The position numbers were made by a program, and so were the translations under genes. A stretch of DNA of 64,000 nucleotides from Vicugna vicugna (lineage: Eukaryota), in contig MU058423.1 in assembly GCA_013265495.1 (NCBI GenBank), forward strand, positions 3,239,061 through 3,303,060. The letters are read 5' to 3'. Position 1 is the stretch's first letter, and the number at the start of each line of letters is the position of its first letter. This document shows, piece by piece, positions 14,281 through 27,201 of this stretch. The notes below the pieces were generated by a model. The model was not told the DNA's origin and did not search any database. It saw only the letters and a program-made list of their open reading frames with translations.

Positions 14281-14301
14281 ATGAGTATTTGTAATACTTA
14301 C

Positions 14302-14383
14302 CAGTTATACCCTCTGCTAGAAGATCTGTCATTTTGCAACATGATGCCAAAAGCTTAGTGGTAAATTCATCCAGAATCATTAT
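14302..14383 (-). CDS. STXBP3: STXBP3 coding exon 3 (82 bp)
   Basis: Translates IMILDEFTTKLLASCCKMTDLLAEGIT; ttttaag acceptor, gtaagt donor. Confidence 0.97.
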
Positions 14384-14719
14384 CTTAAAATGAATATAAG
14401 TTAAGAAAGATGAATATAAATTAAGTATAAGCATGTGACTGCCAAGAATTCACAAAAGACAGGATTTAATTCATTAAACCAATCCAAATTTATAAACCTT
14501 TTATAGTATAAAATTAAAATATCAGGGCAGTAAGCAAAATTACCTCAACTCATCATTTAACTTGGATGACCTAGAAATTTATTTATTTTCTCAATATACA
14601 TACATATATTATTATAGATAAGTAAGTAAATAGAAATATTTTCAGTTTGAAGCAGAGAACTTATTCATTTTAACTGTATCTTATACTTAACATCAAATTT
14701 TCTAAAAATTATAAAATGC

Positions 14720-14937
14720 CCTTGTAGAATAATCGTTCTAGGCACCATTCTAAGAATTTTTATGCATTAATTCATTTAATATTTACAACTCTCCTAAGAG
14801 GTACTATCATCCCCATTTTATAGACAAGAAAATAGAGGCACAGAGAGGTCAAGAAATTTGCCCAAGAAGCACAGCTAATAAGAAGTGAAGCTAAGATTTG
14901 AACACAAGCAGTGTGGTTCTAGATCTTTTACTCTTAC
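14720..14937 (+). mobile_element. MIR SINE
   Basis: MIR core: atccccattttatagacaagaaaatagaggcacagagaggtcaagaaatttgcccaag. Confidence 0.75.
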
Positions 14938-15019
14938 AGACGTATAAGTAAAACATATAGAAGTCTTCAATATAAGGCTTCTAGTTTTATGCAAATTCTA
15001 TGCAAAATGCAAATTCTAC

Positions 15020-15069
15020 CTTCCATTCGCCTTCTTTCTTGCAGTCATCAAACACTGTTGCTTTTATCT
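15020..15069 (-). CDS. STXBP3: STXBP3 coding exon 2 (50 bp)
   Basis: Translates (K)IKATVFDDCKKEGEWK; polypyrimidine-cag acceptor, gtagaa donor. Confidence 0.96.
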
Positions 15070-16371
15070 CTGCAAGAAAAAAAGAGAATTATTTAGGAAT
15101 CTAAACAGTAAGAAAAACTACTCAAAAGGTCCAAGATGGCTGGGGAAGTATCGGTTGGAAAATCTGCTCAGCTACATAAAAAGCATATATACTTGTTAAA
15201 CTGTAAGTAAAAACCCAGTTCTCTTTAATACTTAACATATACAGTATATTTCAACTGTAATATATTTTTAAACTTTTGAGAATAAAAATATCATTAAAAA
15301 GGCTAATATATTTAAGCATATAAGCATACCTGGAAAATATTTCTGAAAGTATTGTCTGACTTGGTTTTTCCTATTCTACTTAAATCCTAAGTAAACAAGA
15401 TGAAAACAAAAACCCCATAGGAAAATCCCTAACTAGCCCATTGCTAAATTTCATTTAACAATCAAAACTAGATAAGTAATTTTGTTCCTGATTTACTCAC
15501 AATTTTCAAAAATATGTGTCACAGCATTAGGATACAAATATTCAGAATTTATTTATAATCAATGAATATTATTAATATGTTCCTTGCAATGATTTCCAAA
15601 ATTAATCTAAATATATATCTTAAATTATTAAATAAAATACACAAAGGAAATTCAAATACCATTCTACTTTGTAAGATGAAATTTTCCACACTTAATGTTT
15701 TATTTTCAATTAATTTTGAAAACTGTAGTACTATGTAGTATATAATACATAAAATACAATTAAAAAGTAAATTATAGTAACTCTTCTTTCATTAGTTCTT
15801 GACAATAAGATATTTACATAATTCATTTAAATCTTTTATTTCTTAATTTATATTTAAGCTAATGCTTTTGGAAATTTACCATCAAGTTTTTGTCATCACG
15901 TTAAAAATGACATGTTTAAGTAGAGGGTATATTTAATAAGGGTTACTGATACTCATCGTAAGAATTGTGATCTAGGAGGTTTTACTGTAATTAGGAAGGT
16001 TTGAAGTGTTAAGCTATATTAGTTAAGGGGCTTATATATGTTTGCTGAGAAGATTAAAATGTTATATGAAGTTATTGGCAAAAGCCTGATGTATTTAACC
16101 ATAATTTAAGCTTAAAATCAGTGGTTTCCTCTACAGGCAAAGAGGAAGGATTTTCTCAGATAGAGCTGGACAGTGAAACATTACAGTACTTCCCTTTTTA
16201 AGCTTGCTTTATTTCTGTATACCTAAAACAAAGTGAAAATCAAAGTCATTCTGCTTGTTTTTACCGGATTTGTATCTTTCTCTAAAGAAATGAAGGCTCA
16301 TGGAATTTATGCTGGAGCAGACTGAACAGCTCCCTAGGCAGAACTCATTCCAGTCTTTAACACCTTAGAAA

Positions 16372-16668
16372 CTGCACTGTCCTGTATGGCAGAGACTAGT
16401 CACGTGTGGTTACTGAGCTCTTGAAATGTGGCTAGCCTGAACTGGGATGTCCTGGTTTCAAAGACTTAGTACAAAAAGAGAAATTTTAAATATCATTATT
16501 TTTATGTTGATTACATGTTTAAATGATAACGTTTAGATATATCAGGTTAAACAAAACATATTTTAAAAATTAATTATATCTGCTTCTTTTTGCCTTTTTA
16601 AAAACGTGGCTACCAGAAATTTTAAGTTACATATGTGGTTTGCCTTTTATTTCTACTAGATTAGTGCT
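16372..16668. mobile_element. hAT-Charlie MER3/MER33-like DNA element
   Basis: gcactgtcc...cacgtgtggttactgagctcttgaaatgtggctag and a terminal ctagattagtgcta resemble this family; family name from memory. Confidence 0.55.
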
Positions 16669-17021
16669 ACCTCAGAATCTAGGATACCAAGCCAGTCAGT
16701 ATTAGCATCTCAAAATTAATGATAAAGAGAAAACTAGCTTTGTAGAAAGAGATTAGAACCAACCATGAAAAGTGATGTGGTTACAGGTAAAACATGTTCA
16801 GAAGGAATCAAAGGAAATCACATCAACTAGTATTACAGAACTAAAAAGGCATTTCCTCTAAATATTAATGAAAATCATTTGATCTTATAATATTCTCTAG
16901 CACCCTAAATGTGGATATATTCCAAGACTCAATTCTCTTACTTTTGCTCTGCTTGCTCTATACCCTTCTTCAAAGATCATATTCATCATCAGAGTTTCAT
17001 CTACTAGATCAGTCCTTCAAC

Positions 17022-17330
17022 TTTTTCCCCCAACTTTATTGAGATATAATTGACATATAACATTGTGTAACTTGAAGGCACACGTGTTGATTGGATACAC
17101 ATATAATTACCACCTCAATGTTAGTTAACACCTCCATCACCTCACACAATTACCATTTCTTTTTTTGGGTGAGAACATTTAAGATCTATTCTCTTAGCAA
17201 CTTTCAATTTTACAGTACAGTATTGTTATCTGTATTACAATGCTGTGCATTAGATCCCCAGAACTTACTCACCTTTTAACTGGAAGTCTGCCCTCTTTGA
17301 CCAACATCTCCCTATTTCCCCTAACCCTCA
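17022..17330 (-). mobile_element. L1 (L1MA-type) 3' end fragment
   Basis: ctttattgagatataattgacatataacattg...gtgagaacatttaagatctattctcttagcaa is the antisense of an L1 3' UTR. Confidence 0.75.
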
Positions 17331-18681
17331 GCAGTCCTTCAGTTTTCCACAAATCTTCATCTCTTTCTTCGTTCAATTACACAATACAGGTTTAAGCACC
17401 TTCCTACCGCAAATGGAAATTAAATTCCCTAGAAACTGCTCTAGACGTCTCCATTTCTATGAGTTCTACTGTCATTTTCTCAGTCATAGTCTCTGGCCAT
17501 TTCCTCTTCCTCCATTTCCGATCATCCAGCAGGATTGATTGTTCTTTCTGGTGAGAGCCACTGTCACCAGTATTGCCTTGTTTCTCATTATCTCTCACTG
17601 AACTACTGCAATAGCCCCCTATCTGGATTTCCTGTTTTCCATCTCCAATCCCTTTACCTTTCCCAATCCATTTGTCACACTGCTGTCAGAGTCATCTTCC
17701 TGAAGCACAGCCCTTTGTTGTATGAATACCAAACTCAAAATTCTCTCAAATGGTCGCTGTTGCCTGCAGAATAAAGTCTAGACTCTACTATTCAACATCC
17801 TCCATCAACTGGTCCTACCTAATTTCTAAATTAATCTTCCACCAGTCCAAATGCTACCTAATTAATGACCTAGTAATACCAATCACCTTATCTTTGCTCC
17901 TTCTATTTCTCCTTTATATAAAAGGAAATGTATTTAAAACTATAATGCCAAAGAGGATATGAAAACATTGAAGGGGAAAATGAAAGTAGAACTAACATCA
18001 TGTGCATCAGCAATGCTGAAGGTGTTCTTGCACCACTATCTTAGATCACAAACTATTAACAAACCTGTTAATAACAATGCAAGAAAAACTGATTTGTCTG
18101 GAAAATAGGAAGAATCTTTATAAAGGTAATTGCAAGGGCCTGGGGCAGAGGCAAAATATTCATTACTAGTTGAATAAAACCAGATCGAATCGTGTGTGCA
18201 TGGGAAAGACCACCTAGGGCCTTCAAAGTTCACTGTTTAAAAATTGTATGAAAGTACAACATACGAAAACTGAAGACTACTATAAGACCAACTAGATATA
18301 TACAAAGGCAAATATTAAAGCAATTATTTCTAGGTAGAAATTCAGCAAATTCTATATTTATTCTTCAAGAAAATACTTTACAATTAAAAATCTGAAGAGC
18401 TCCTCTCTTAAACATAAGGGTGTAAAGGTAAAAAGCCACCATTGTAAAATTGTTTGGTGGTAACGTAAGTCAGAACAGGAGTTACTCTTGGGGAGAGGGT
18501 GGGATTTGGCCTGGGAAGGGCTATGGGGTGCTTAGAAATGTACCATACCTCAATCTAGGTGATAGTTCCATGAATAAAAATTCATCCAGCTATACACTTA
18601 GCATTAGTGCACTTTATACTAGTATTATACTTAATGAAAATTTTAGGAACAAGCAAATGACTTCCTTTCAGCACTGTTCTA

Positions 18682-18783
18682 TTATTATTATTATTATTAT
18701 TTTTAATGGAATTAATGGGGATTGAATGCAGGACCTTGTGCATGCTAAGCATACGCTCTACCACTGACCTATACCCTCCCCCT
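18682..18783 (-). mobile_element. tRNA-Ala-derived SINE (Vic-1-like) with (AAT)n tail
   Basis: SINE body plus TSD agcactgttcta (18670-18681) / agcattgttcta (18784-18795). Confidence 0.88.
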
Positions 18784-20106
18784 AGCATTGTTCTAATAGA
18801 GTTCTCAAAATGCTGATGACTTCTATATGAGAAGGTGGGAAAAAAAAAATCTTTCGTCTTTAATGGCTCCCCACTGCTAGAGCATGTCTAAACAATTTAG
18901 CTCCAACCTACCTTTTAGTCTTCATCCCCCCATTCCTTACAACAAATACTCTGTATTCAAACAAAAGGAATTATTCCTTCTTCCATAAACAATCACATAC
19001 TTTCACACCTTTGGGTCTTGACTCAGATTTCCCTGTCTGACAAAATTCTACTACCTTTCAATGTTACCTACTCTTTGGAGTCTTCCCTGATCCATTCTGA
19101 GAGAGGAAATAATTCCTTTTCTTTTCTCCCATGAAACTTCTTCATGCTGCTGACATAGCACTTAGTTCTTATGTACCTGTCTCCTCCCACTGCATTGTGA
19201 ACTCCAGGAGGTCAAGGAATATACCCCTAGAATAGTGCACAGCACTGGGCAGATATTCAATAAATATGGATTTAAATGAATACATTACTGTGCACATATC
19301 CAAAAAGTAAGAGAAAATTTTGTTCAACACGATAAACTTAAAGAAGTGATCAGAATGAAAAAAGACATAAAACAAAGATAACTGATTAAAACAAAAAATA
19401 AAAATATCTTATACATGCCTATACTACATAAACAATTCTCAAAGAATTTATAAGAAACCTGAGTGGCCATCTCTGGAAAAGGAGTTTGGGATCTGGGTAG
19501 GGGTGAAGATTAATTTTATTTTACAATCTTTTATCAAATTTTTTTTGCCACATCGAGATATTTAAGAACAATTTAAAATATTAATTACAAAGTTTATGAA
19601 GGAGGATGGAAAACATTATGTCAATGTTTAGGGTTTAAAAAAAGGAAGTCATAAAATGAAAAATAAAAAATATATCTGAAGCTATATACAGGTCAGGAGG
19701 AAAACGTTAAAAAAAAAAGGAAGAAGTTTATGATTTAATGTGTAAAGAATTAGTTCAAATAAATACATTCTCATTATTTTTATTTGTAATTTCTCATATG
19801 CCATTTTCTTTAACATTTCCTCTAAAATATTTGAGTTACAAACATTAGATTAGACTATTGTTTACACACAAAAAAGAAAACAGGCTGTACTGAACAAGGA
19901 AAAAAAATGCCATAGGTGGCTTGAACTTGCTTTATGGTTGATTTAATTATTGTTGTTTTGACATGTTTTCATCAAATTTATTTCAAAAATTTTATTTCAA
20001 ACCTTTTATCAGTGATATTTTTGCTACCACTTCCCAGTAGCAAAAAGTAGGAAATCAGCAATACCAAGCACTAGAAACTTTCGCTGATTTTTAATATGGG
20101 AATGAA

Positions 20107-20237
20107 GTGGGGAGGGTATAGCTTAGTGGTAGAGTGCATGCCTAGCACACACAGGGTCCTTGGTTCAATCCTCAGGACCTCCATTAAAATAAATAAAAAC
20201 CTAATTACCTTCCCCCCTCAAAAAAAAAAAGAGAATA
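20107..20237 (+). mobile_element. tRNA-Ala-derived SINE (Vic-1-like)
   Basis: SINE head, A-rich tail and exact TSD aatatgggaatgaa (20093-20106 / 20238-20251). Confidence 0.92.
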
Positions 20238-21324
20238 AATATGGGAATGAATTTTGAAAATAAATGGAGCCATTTGCACTCAAAATATTAAAGTTTTTTT
20301 AAGAAAGTGTTTTAATGTAGTCCCTAAAGGCTGATTCCTTCTCATGTTTTAGGTCTCAGCTCAAATGTCACCTCGTCAGAGAAACCTTTCCTGATCACAA
20401 ACTGAAATAATCATGTTCATTCTTTGTTCACATATTTATTTTCTATTATTCCCCACTTGAATGCAAGCCTCAAGAAGGCTGAGAAATTGCCTTCTACAGC
20501 TGTATTCCCAGAGGAATTCAATAATATTTATTGAATAAGTGGGGGGAAATTACAAAACTGATCTACTGTTTACTTTTAACAAGCATTGTTATCCATTGTA
20601 TCCTGCTAGGGCCTATTTGGAATTTAAAGCTCTAGAAGACACAGTAGTGGACCTACCTTCAAGAAGCTTATCAAGAGAGTCACATTAGGCAGCAGTGATA
20701 CATACCATTTGAGAAAGATACACTAAATGCCACAGAAATATAAGGGGCTGGATTAAAGTGAGAAGCTGCTCTGGAGGTAGTAGCCCCATGTAAGCTGAAA
20801 CTTGAAGGCTGGCTAAAATTTGGACAGGGGAAGAATAGGGATAAGAGGAGCATTCTAGATAGAGGAACTGGCATCGACATGTGGAAACAGAAGATTCTGA
20901 GAAGTGTCAACAGACTAGCCAAACATCAATATTATACTAGGGAAAAGTAGATAACAAGGCAGGTTGGAGCCAGGTTATGTCTTCAAAAGCAGACTAAGTG
21001 TTTGAAATGATCGTTAGGCAACAGGATGGGGTCTCTCTCTGCAGGTCTTTTGAGGCAGGAGATTAGCATGATCAGAGCACAGTACTATTACACGAAAACC
21101 ATTCTGGTGACTATTGGTCAGATAAACTAGAGTGAGAAAGAACAAGGGCTTAGAGGTTCAGTTAGGAGGCTACTGCAACAGACTGGGCAAAAGGTAAGGC
21201 CCTGATCCTACATTTAAACATTATAGAATGTCACAGACAGGTCACACATTAACTCTGAAGCCAAAATGATATGGGTATGAACATTAAGTCTATATTTAAT
21301 AGCTGTATCAGGTTTGAAAAAAAT

Positions 21325-21790
21325 AGATTTACTGAGATATAATTACATACCATATAATTCTTCCCAAGTGTACCATTAAATGGCTTTCAGTATATTCAGA
21401 GTCGTGCACCTAACCCCATAATCAATTTTAGAACATTTTCATTACTTCAAAAGGAAACCAGTCCCTTTAGCCATCATCCCTGCATCTCCCCAACCCCCCT
21501 AAACGTAGGCAACCACTAATCTACTTTCTACTAATCTTTATAGATTGGTCTACTCTGGACATTTAATACAAATGCAGTCATAAAATACGTGGTTCTTTAT
21601 GACTGGCTTCTTTCATTTGGCATAACTTCCAAGGATCATTAATATTGCAGCATTATCAATACTTCATTCTTTTTTATTGCCCAATATTCCATTGTATGGA
21701 CGTACCACTTGTTATTTATCCACTCATCAATCCATGGACATTTGGATTATTTTGACTTCTTGGCTATTATGAATAATGCAGTTATGGTAA
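21325..21790 (-). mobile_element. L1 (L1MB-type) 3' fragment
   Basis: ggcaaccactaatctactttc...gactggcttctttcattt...ttggctattatgaataatgc is antisense L1 3' region. Confidence 0.75.
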
Positions 21791-23574
21791 TAGCTGTTAT
21801 CAGTTTTAACATCTGTGAAATAGAGATAACTATTCCTACTAAGTTTTATATATGTAAAGAATAGTGTCTGGCACAGAGTCAATGTTCAAGAAATATTAGT
21901 TCCCTTCTCCCTACTTTGCAGGTAAATTGAAGGTTGTTATTTAGCTTTCTACCCTGACCTAACAATACTACCTTCGACCTAGCAAAACCTTTTCCCAGCC
22001 AAATGTGTGATTCTCCTACCTCTCAGGAGATTCCTTCACCATTTCTTTCAGACTCTGGCATCTTTTGCTAACAGAACTCAAAGGCTCCCACTTCTCTTTC
22101 TCTCTGTACTCCACTCACTAAAAGCTGAATGAATAGTATCTTTTCTTTGAGCTACCTTACTATTTACATAAAAATTCGAAGAAATATTTGTTTAACCCTT
22201 ACACCTCCCTTCCATTCAGTGTCCCATCTTCTTCATCTTACACTCCATCTGGATATCCTGGTGCTACCTCAAGTTAGCAGCACAAGTGGGGAATTTTGTT
22301 ATTTTAAACACTCCCTCTCGCCTAGCTTCCTTGCTCTCAGTAGGGACATTACTATATTAACCCCTTTTCCCCCTAATAAATGCTGATTTTAACCACCATC
22401 TTGGAAATTACTTATACAACACAATTCATTACCCATTTCATATAAATTACTTAACTGCCATTGTGATTTTAAAACATTACCGAATCTTAAAAGTGACCCA
22501 TGTAAATTCTGAAAAACAAAATGCCAACCTTATAATTATCCGATTAAAAAAATGTTGTCATACCTTTTTTTTTCTTTTATTTATACATTTGTTTTTTAGT
22601 ACCTGATAAGTTAAACACTATAGGAGTTATCAATCTGGAGTTTTAATTTTACACAAGGAACTCTGTAACTCCCAGAATTTTGTCAACTCAGTCACTACTT
22701 TCGTTCTGTGCTCAACAAGCCAGAGCCAGGAACACTAATTAGATGTTACTTCCTTTCCACTAGTAGACCATAATTACTTTGAGCCAGCAATGCCAAACAA
22801 TGATGGTTCCTTCTGTTTGGTTGTTTCCTTCCTTCTCTAAGCTGGCAGACCTAGGTGTGGACTGATGCTTATGAAAGTCCTAGATGACATGGCAGAACGG
22901 CAGAATATCAGTAATCAGTAAGTAGTACAGTCCTAGCAGAAGGGCGGGGCTGGGACAGTGTAAAGGAAGAGGTGAAGGTGCAGCTCTGCCTGGAGATGTA
23001 ATCATTCCGATGGTCCCTTCTTAAGAACTCTTTAGAAAGTGGGCTCTTCTAGAAGGGAAGGGTCTGTTCAACAGGGAGGTTTTGTTTTTGTTTTTGTTTT
23101 TAAAGACAGACATTATAAAGAATGGTGGTAAACTTCTCCCTGCTCCTAAGACGAATAGAAACTCGAGGGTGCGGAGAAGGGGAGGGGCGGCTCAGCGGAA
23201 CAGCGCTCAGATTGTCTCGAGTGGAGAGACATCACCGACTGGTGGGGCGCCGGCGGGGCCCGGCCGAGGACACGCGCAGGGGCCCCGGGCGGAAAAGCCG
23301 GGCCGGGGGCCGCTCGCCCGCGCCCCGCGGCGCCGAGAGGGTGCCGGGCGCCCGCGGGAAGGCCGCGTCCTGCCGCACCCCGCCCGTCCCTGGCGCCGGC
23401 CAGAAGTAGGGCTGGGAAGGAAAGCAGGAAGAAGTTCTAACAGGGACGTGGGAGCAAAGCAACAAGTGCCCGCGGCGGCTCCCGAAGAGCCTGCGGGTCT
23501 GGGGCAGGAAAGCAAGGCCCGGCGCCGCGGCCTCCTGGCCTTCCCTCTCTCAGCCCCTGCCCCACCGCACTCAC

Positions 23575-23623
23575 TCTGCCACACGACGCTCTTCAGCCCC
23601 CGTTCCGTCACCGGCGGCGCCAT
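23575..23623 (-). CDS. STXBP3: STXBP3 (syntaxin-binding protein 3, Munc18-3) coding exon 1 (49 bp)
   Basis: ATG in a strong Kozak context (aagATGG), translates MAPPVTERGLKSVVWQ, followed by a gtgagt donor; matches the STXBP3 N-terminus. Confidence 0.97.
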
Positions 23624-23843
23624 CTTCCCAAACACCTCAGAGGAGAAGCCACCGCCTCCCACTCGCAACCTACTTCCGCGGCGAGAGCGGAGCTCGGGCT
23701 GGCCCCGCCCCTCGCTGAGGGGAAAGCCCGCCCACACTCATGGGCCGCGCCCTCCAGCGACGTCACGGGCGCCTGTAAGAGGTGCCCCGCCCATTCGTGG
23801 ACGGAGGCTGCGCGGTGCGGGTGGAATCTCCGTGGGCAGTTGC

Positions 23844-23857
23844 GCGCCCCCTAGCGG
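23844..23857 (-). promoter_or_regulatory. Candidate CTCF binding site
   Basis: Minus strand reads CCGCTAGGGGGCGC, essentially the CTCF core consensus. Confidence 0.65.
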
Positions 23858-26566
23858 GAGGCTGTCAATCGAATTTCGACGTCCTGTGACGTCGGAAAAC
23901 GAAACCGTGCCCACGGATTGCGAGTTGATACCACCCAAGAAACTACGAATTCACGTATCCTATACATGAAGAAGGAAGGGATCCTTCACTTTACAAAAGA
24001 GGTCTTCACTTTGTAAAGCGATTTATAATAGACTTCACCCAGTCAACTACTGAATAGAAAATTTACTCTCCAAAAAGTTTATTTTATTCATTTCTCAAGA
24101 ACATAATAATTGTGTAGAATTATGAGGAGCCATCCAGTGTGTCCAAACTGTGCAGGGCTTTCAGGAAAGTCAAAGAAATGAGAGAGCCACTTCTGAAGAG
24201 TTTAAAATCTAATTAAGTAGTTCAGTTTCTGGCACACTGAAGGCAGTCAAAAATTAGTTTTAAAAAGCAAATGCCTTGATGATGACAGTATACGTAAATG
24301 AACCAATAAAACAATATTTCAACGAACACAAATTCATGTGGAAGAAGCTGTCAGTGTTTTAGGGTTTAAAAGAAGGGAATTATTGCTGATTCACAAAGGA
24401 TATGATTTGAGCTCAGACTTAGAAAGTTTAGGCAGAGATCAATTTCCTGAGAAGGTTCTTTTAAGACTTGAAATCCGAGTAATCAATCATGAATTAAATC
24501 AGTTTAGTTGCCGAGACGCCCCAGCTGGGACATAACCATCACAGAAAGTAGATTTTCCCAAAGGAATTTGCAAAAAACCAATGCTCTTAATTCATTGGTC
24601 ACATAGGAAGTGGAAATGGTTAACGGGTAGCAATAACAATGGCTAACATTTACTGAGGGCTTACTATATACCAGACACTGTGCTAAGTGGATTATCTCCT
24701 TGATCCTCAAAGCAACCCTTACGGACAAGGAAACTGAGGCTTAGTGAAGTTGAGCAACTTGCTAAGGATGCGCAGCTAGTGGTGGAGTAGGAAGAAGGAT
24801 CAGGCTGGAGCTACACAAAAAGCAATAGAGCAGTCTGCAGGAGAATTTGCAGTTTTTGCTCTTTAGGAGAGAGGAGAATGAAGAATAAAAGCAGTCATAA
24901 AATGAGTTCCAGCAAAACCTATGGCATGAAGGATTATTCCACTCAAGGCTTATATGGGTCAAGCTGGAGCTCTGGCCTCTTTCAAACCTACTGTAAATGG
25001 ACTTAGCTGCTAAGAATTTTACACAAATATATACATTATATTCCTCTCCCTTTTCAATTTTAAATCAGATTCTGCTTAGCATAGCAGGGTGGACCCCCAG
25101 CCATAAGAAAAAGACATAGTGTAGACTCACCCTTCTAAAATGGAGCTCCTTGCCCTAGAGTCAAACCAAGACAGAGGAGTGAGGTGGGTTGAAGTTCCTC
25201 CATTTGCTACCCTTGAGGAAAATAAGCAGGTGCCATGGAAGGACACAGAAGGGCCCTTCTGGGTTGGAAGTTTGATTTGGGTCACATAGAGCATAGCTGT
25301 GACTCATGCTCCAGAAGGCGAGATTTCAAGGTGGCACTGTGAAATAACGGAGCAGATGTGGGCATTAGCAGCACACAGACATGGGTCCACGTCAACAAAC
25401 TCTGGCTCTGCCTATTAGAGTGTGACTTCAGTTTCATTGCATTGATGTGTTGAATATATAAACATAATATCTCAAACCTCCCAACATCCCCATAAGATGA
25501 TAAATCTTTTAGCCATTTTATGGATGTGAAAACTGAGATTCAGAGAAGCTAAATCATGTAGGACCTCAAGATGGCTCCAAGACCCTATTACCTACCCTCC
25601 CCTGTTCTCCTAGTTTCACATTACCACCCTGAGCTGTCTGTCTAGTCTCCTTTAGTTGGTTTGCCTAAAAAAACAGAACAAGGAATTTGAATTCCCTGAA
25701 CATGACACAGCAGAATGGAAAGTAAAATCCACCAACACTGGTCTGAGATGAAAATCTGCTTTGCATAATTTGTAGAGCAGATAAACAGCTAAATAACCGA
25801 GGACCAAATGGGAAAGCTCTTGAGTTAGGGCAGATGGCTTACTCACCATCCTATTCACAGGTCCACTTCACTAATAATTTATTACTTAATCATGGAAACC
25901 CAGAGAAATATTTTCCATAAAAATATCATGGATTAGCAGGTCTAATCAATGATAATACTTGACCCCATGAGAATTTGTATTTCAAAGTCACACTGGTTAG
26001 CCGTGTGAATGTGGGTGTGTTCCTTGACCTTTCTGGGTCTCATTTTCCTGACTGTATAAAGGAATAATATCTAGCTCATCGGGTTGCTATGAGAATGAAA
26101 GGAGTGTGTAGAAAGCACTTAGAAGCATGTAGTAAGTTACATCCACATTTTGGTTTTATGTTCACCCACGATGGACCACATTGTCCTCTGCGGGATTCTA
26201 ACCAAAGCAACCGAGGCTTAGATGCCTAGCTAAGGAGATGGCCATTTCATTTTCTGTGTCCTGGTATTTATAGGGTATGGGTGTACTGGTCTCAGCCCCC
26301 TAGTGTCCCAGGATCAGAGATTCTGACCTTCCATTTGGCCTTTGCCCTCTGCTCTTTGGCTATTGCAGTCAGCCACGGACACAGCTCCATTCAGAGGTCA
26401 ACTTGCCAGCAACCACACTCAGCCCAAAGTCTTACATAGGCTCTGAACCACAGCCAGAATGCTGCCCCAGTTCATGGTAGCCTTCACAAGGCATGGATCC
26501 ACTCTGAACCCTCCATCGGTAATGTTCTCACCAGTCTTTCCTTACATGCCACGGCTCTCCATCTTC

Positions 26567-26924
26567 TGTTAAATTGATTAAACAAGGAGGCTATTAGACT
26601 GAGGTGATGCTAATACCATAGCAGCCTTCTTAAGCAAACCAAAACCTAAGCCTGTAAGTGTATCAAGGTTAAGAAATCAAAATCTAAGGACAACCAATCA
26701 CAAACAGCCAACTACGGTTTCCCAGATAAGGCAAATGCTCAAGCTGTAGCCAATCAAATACTATCCTAGCTTTGCTAACGCCTCTTCTTTATAAAAGTCC
26801 TTCCCTGAGCTCCTGTCAGTGGAGCGCTTCTAACCATTTCTGGTTTGATGCTGCTGAATTCAAATCCATTTTTGCTCAAATAAACTGTTAAAATTTTTAA
26901 TATGCCTCAGTTTATCTTTTAATA
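26567..26924 (+). mobile_element. Solo LTR, ERV1-like
   Basis: Starts tgttaaa and ends ttttaata (decayed TG...CA); 4-bp TSD cttc (26563-26566 / 26925-26928); internal CCAAT boxes, ttataaaa and aataaa in LTR order. Confidence 0.8.
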
Positions 26925-27055
26925 CTTCTCAGCTTCCCGTCAGTGAAATTTTGCTTCAAGGAAGAACTCAGCAAGGCAAGCTGTTTTTAAGATTCCCAAA
27001 CCTGGCCACATGTCAGAATCACTTGGTGAGCTTGTTAAAAATATAGATTCCCAGG

Positions 27056-27201
27056 GCTGGAGGATATAGCTCAGTGGTAGAGTATGTGCTTAGCGGGCAC
27101 GAGGTCCTGGGTTCAATCCTCAGGACCTCCATCAAAATAAATAAATAAAACTAATTACCTCCCCCAACAAAACAAAACAAAAAAAAAAAGGAAAAAAAAA
27201 A
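27056..27201 (+). mobile_element. tRNA-Ala-derived SINE (Vic-1-like), inserted in a MER5-like fossil
   Basis: SINE head and A-rich tail; TSD agattcccagg (27045-27055) / agatgcccagg (27202-27212); flanks carry cagaatcacttgg...cttgttaaaa, typical of MER5. Confidence 0.88.

Larger units (their letters stand above)
23160..23960 (-). promoter_or_regulatory. CpG island / STXBP3 promoter
   Basis: Dense CpG and high GC spanning exon 1; ETS-type acttccg (23672-23678), GC box ccccgccc (23703-23710), CRE-like gacgtca (23759-23765) and tgacgtc (23887-23893); no TATA box apparent. Confidence 0.9.

Noticed and set aside
23082..23969. 295-aa plus-strand ORF and other long ORFs across the CpG island
   Set aside because: Low-complexity Arg/Pro/Gly/Ala sequence is expected where stops are scarce in GC-rich DNA; it has a non-ATG start and no recognisable domain.
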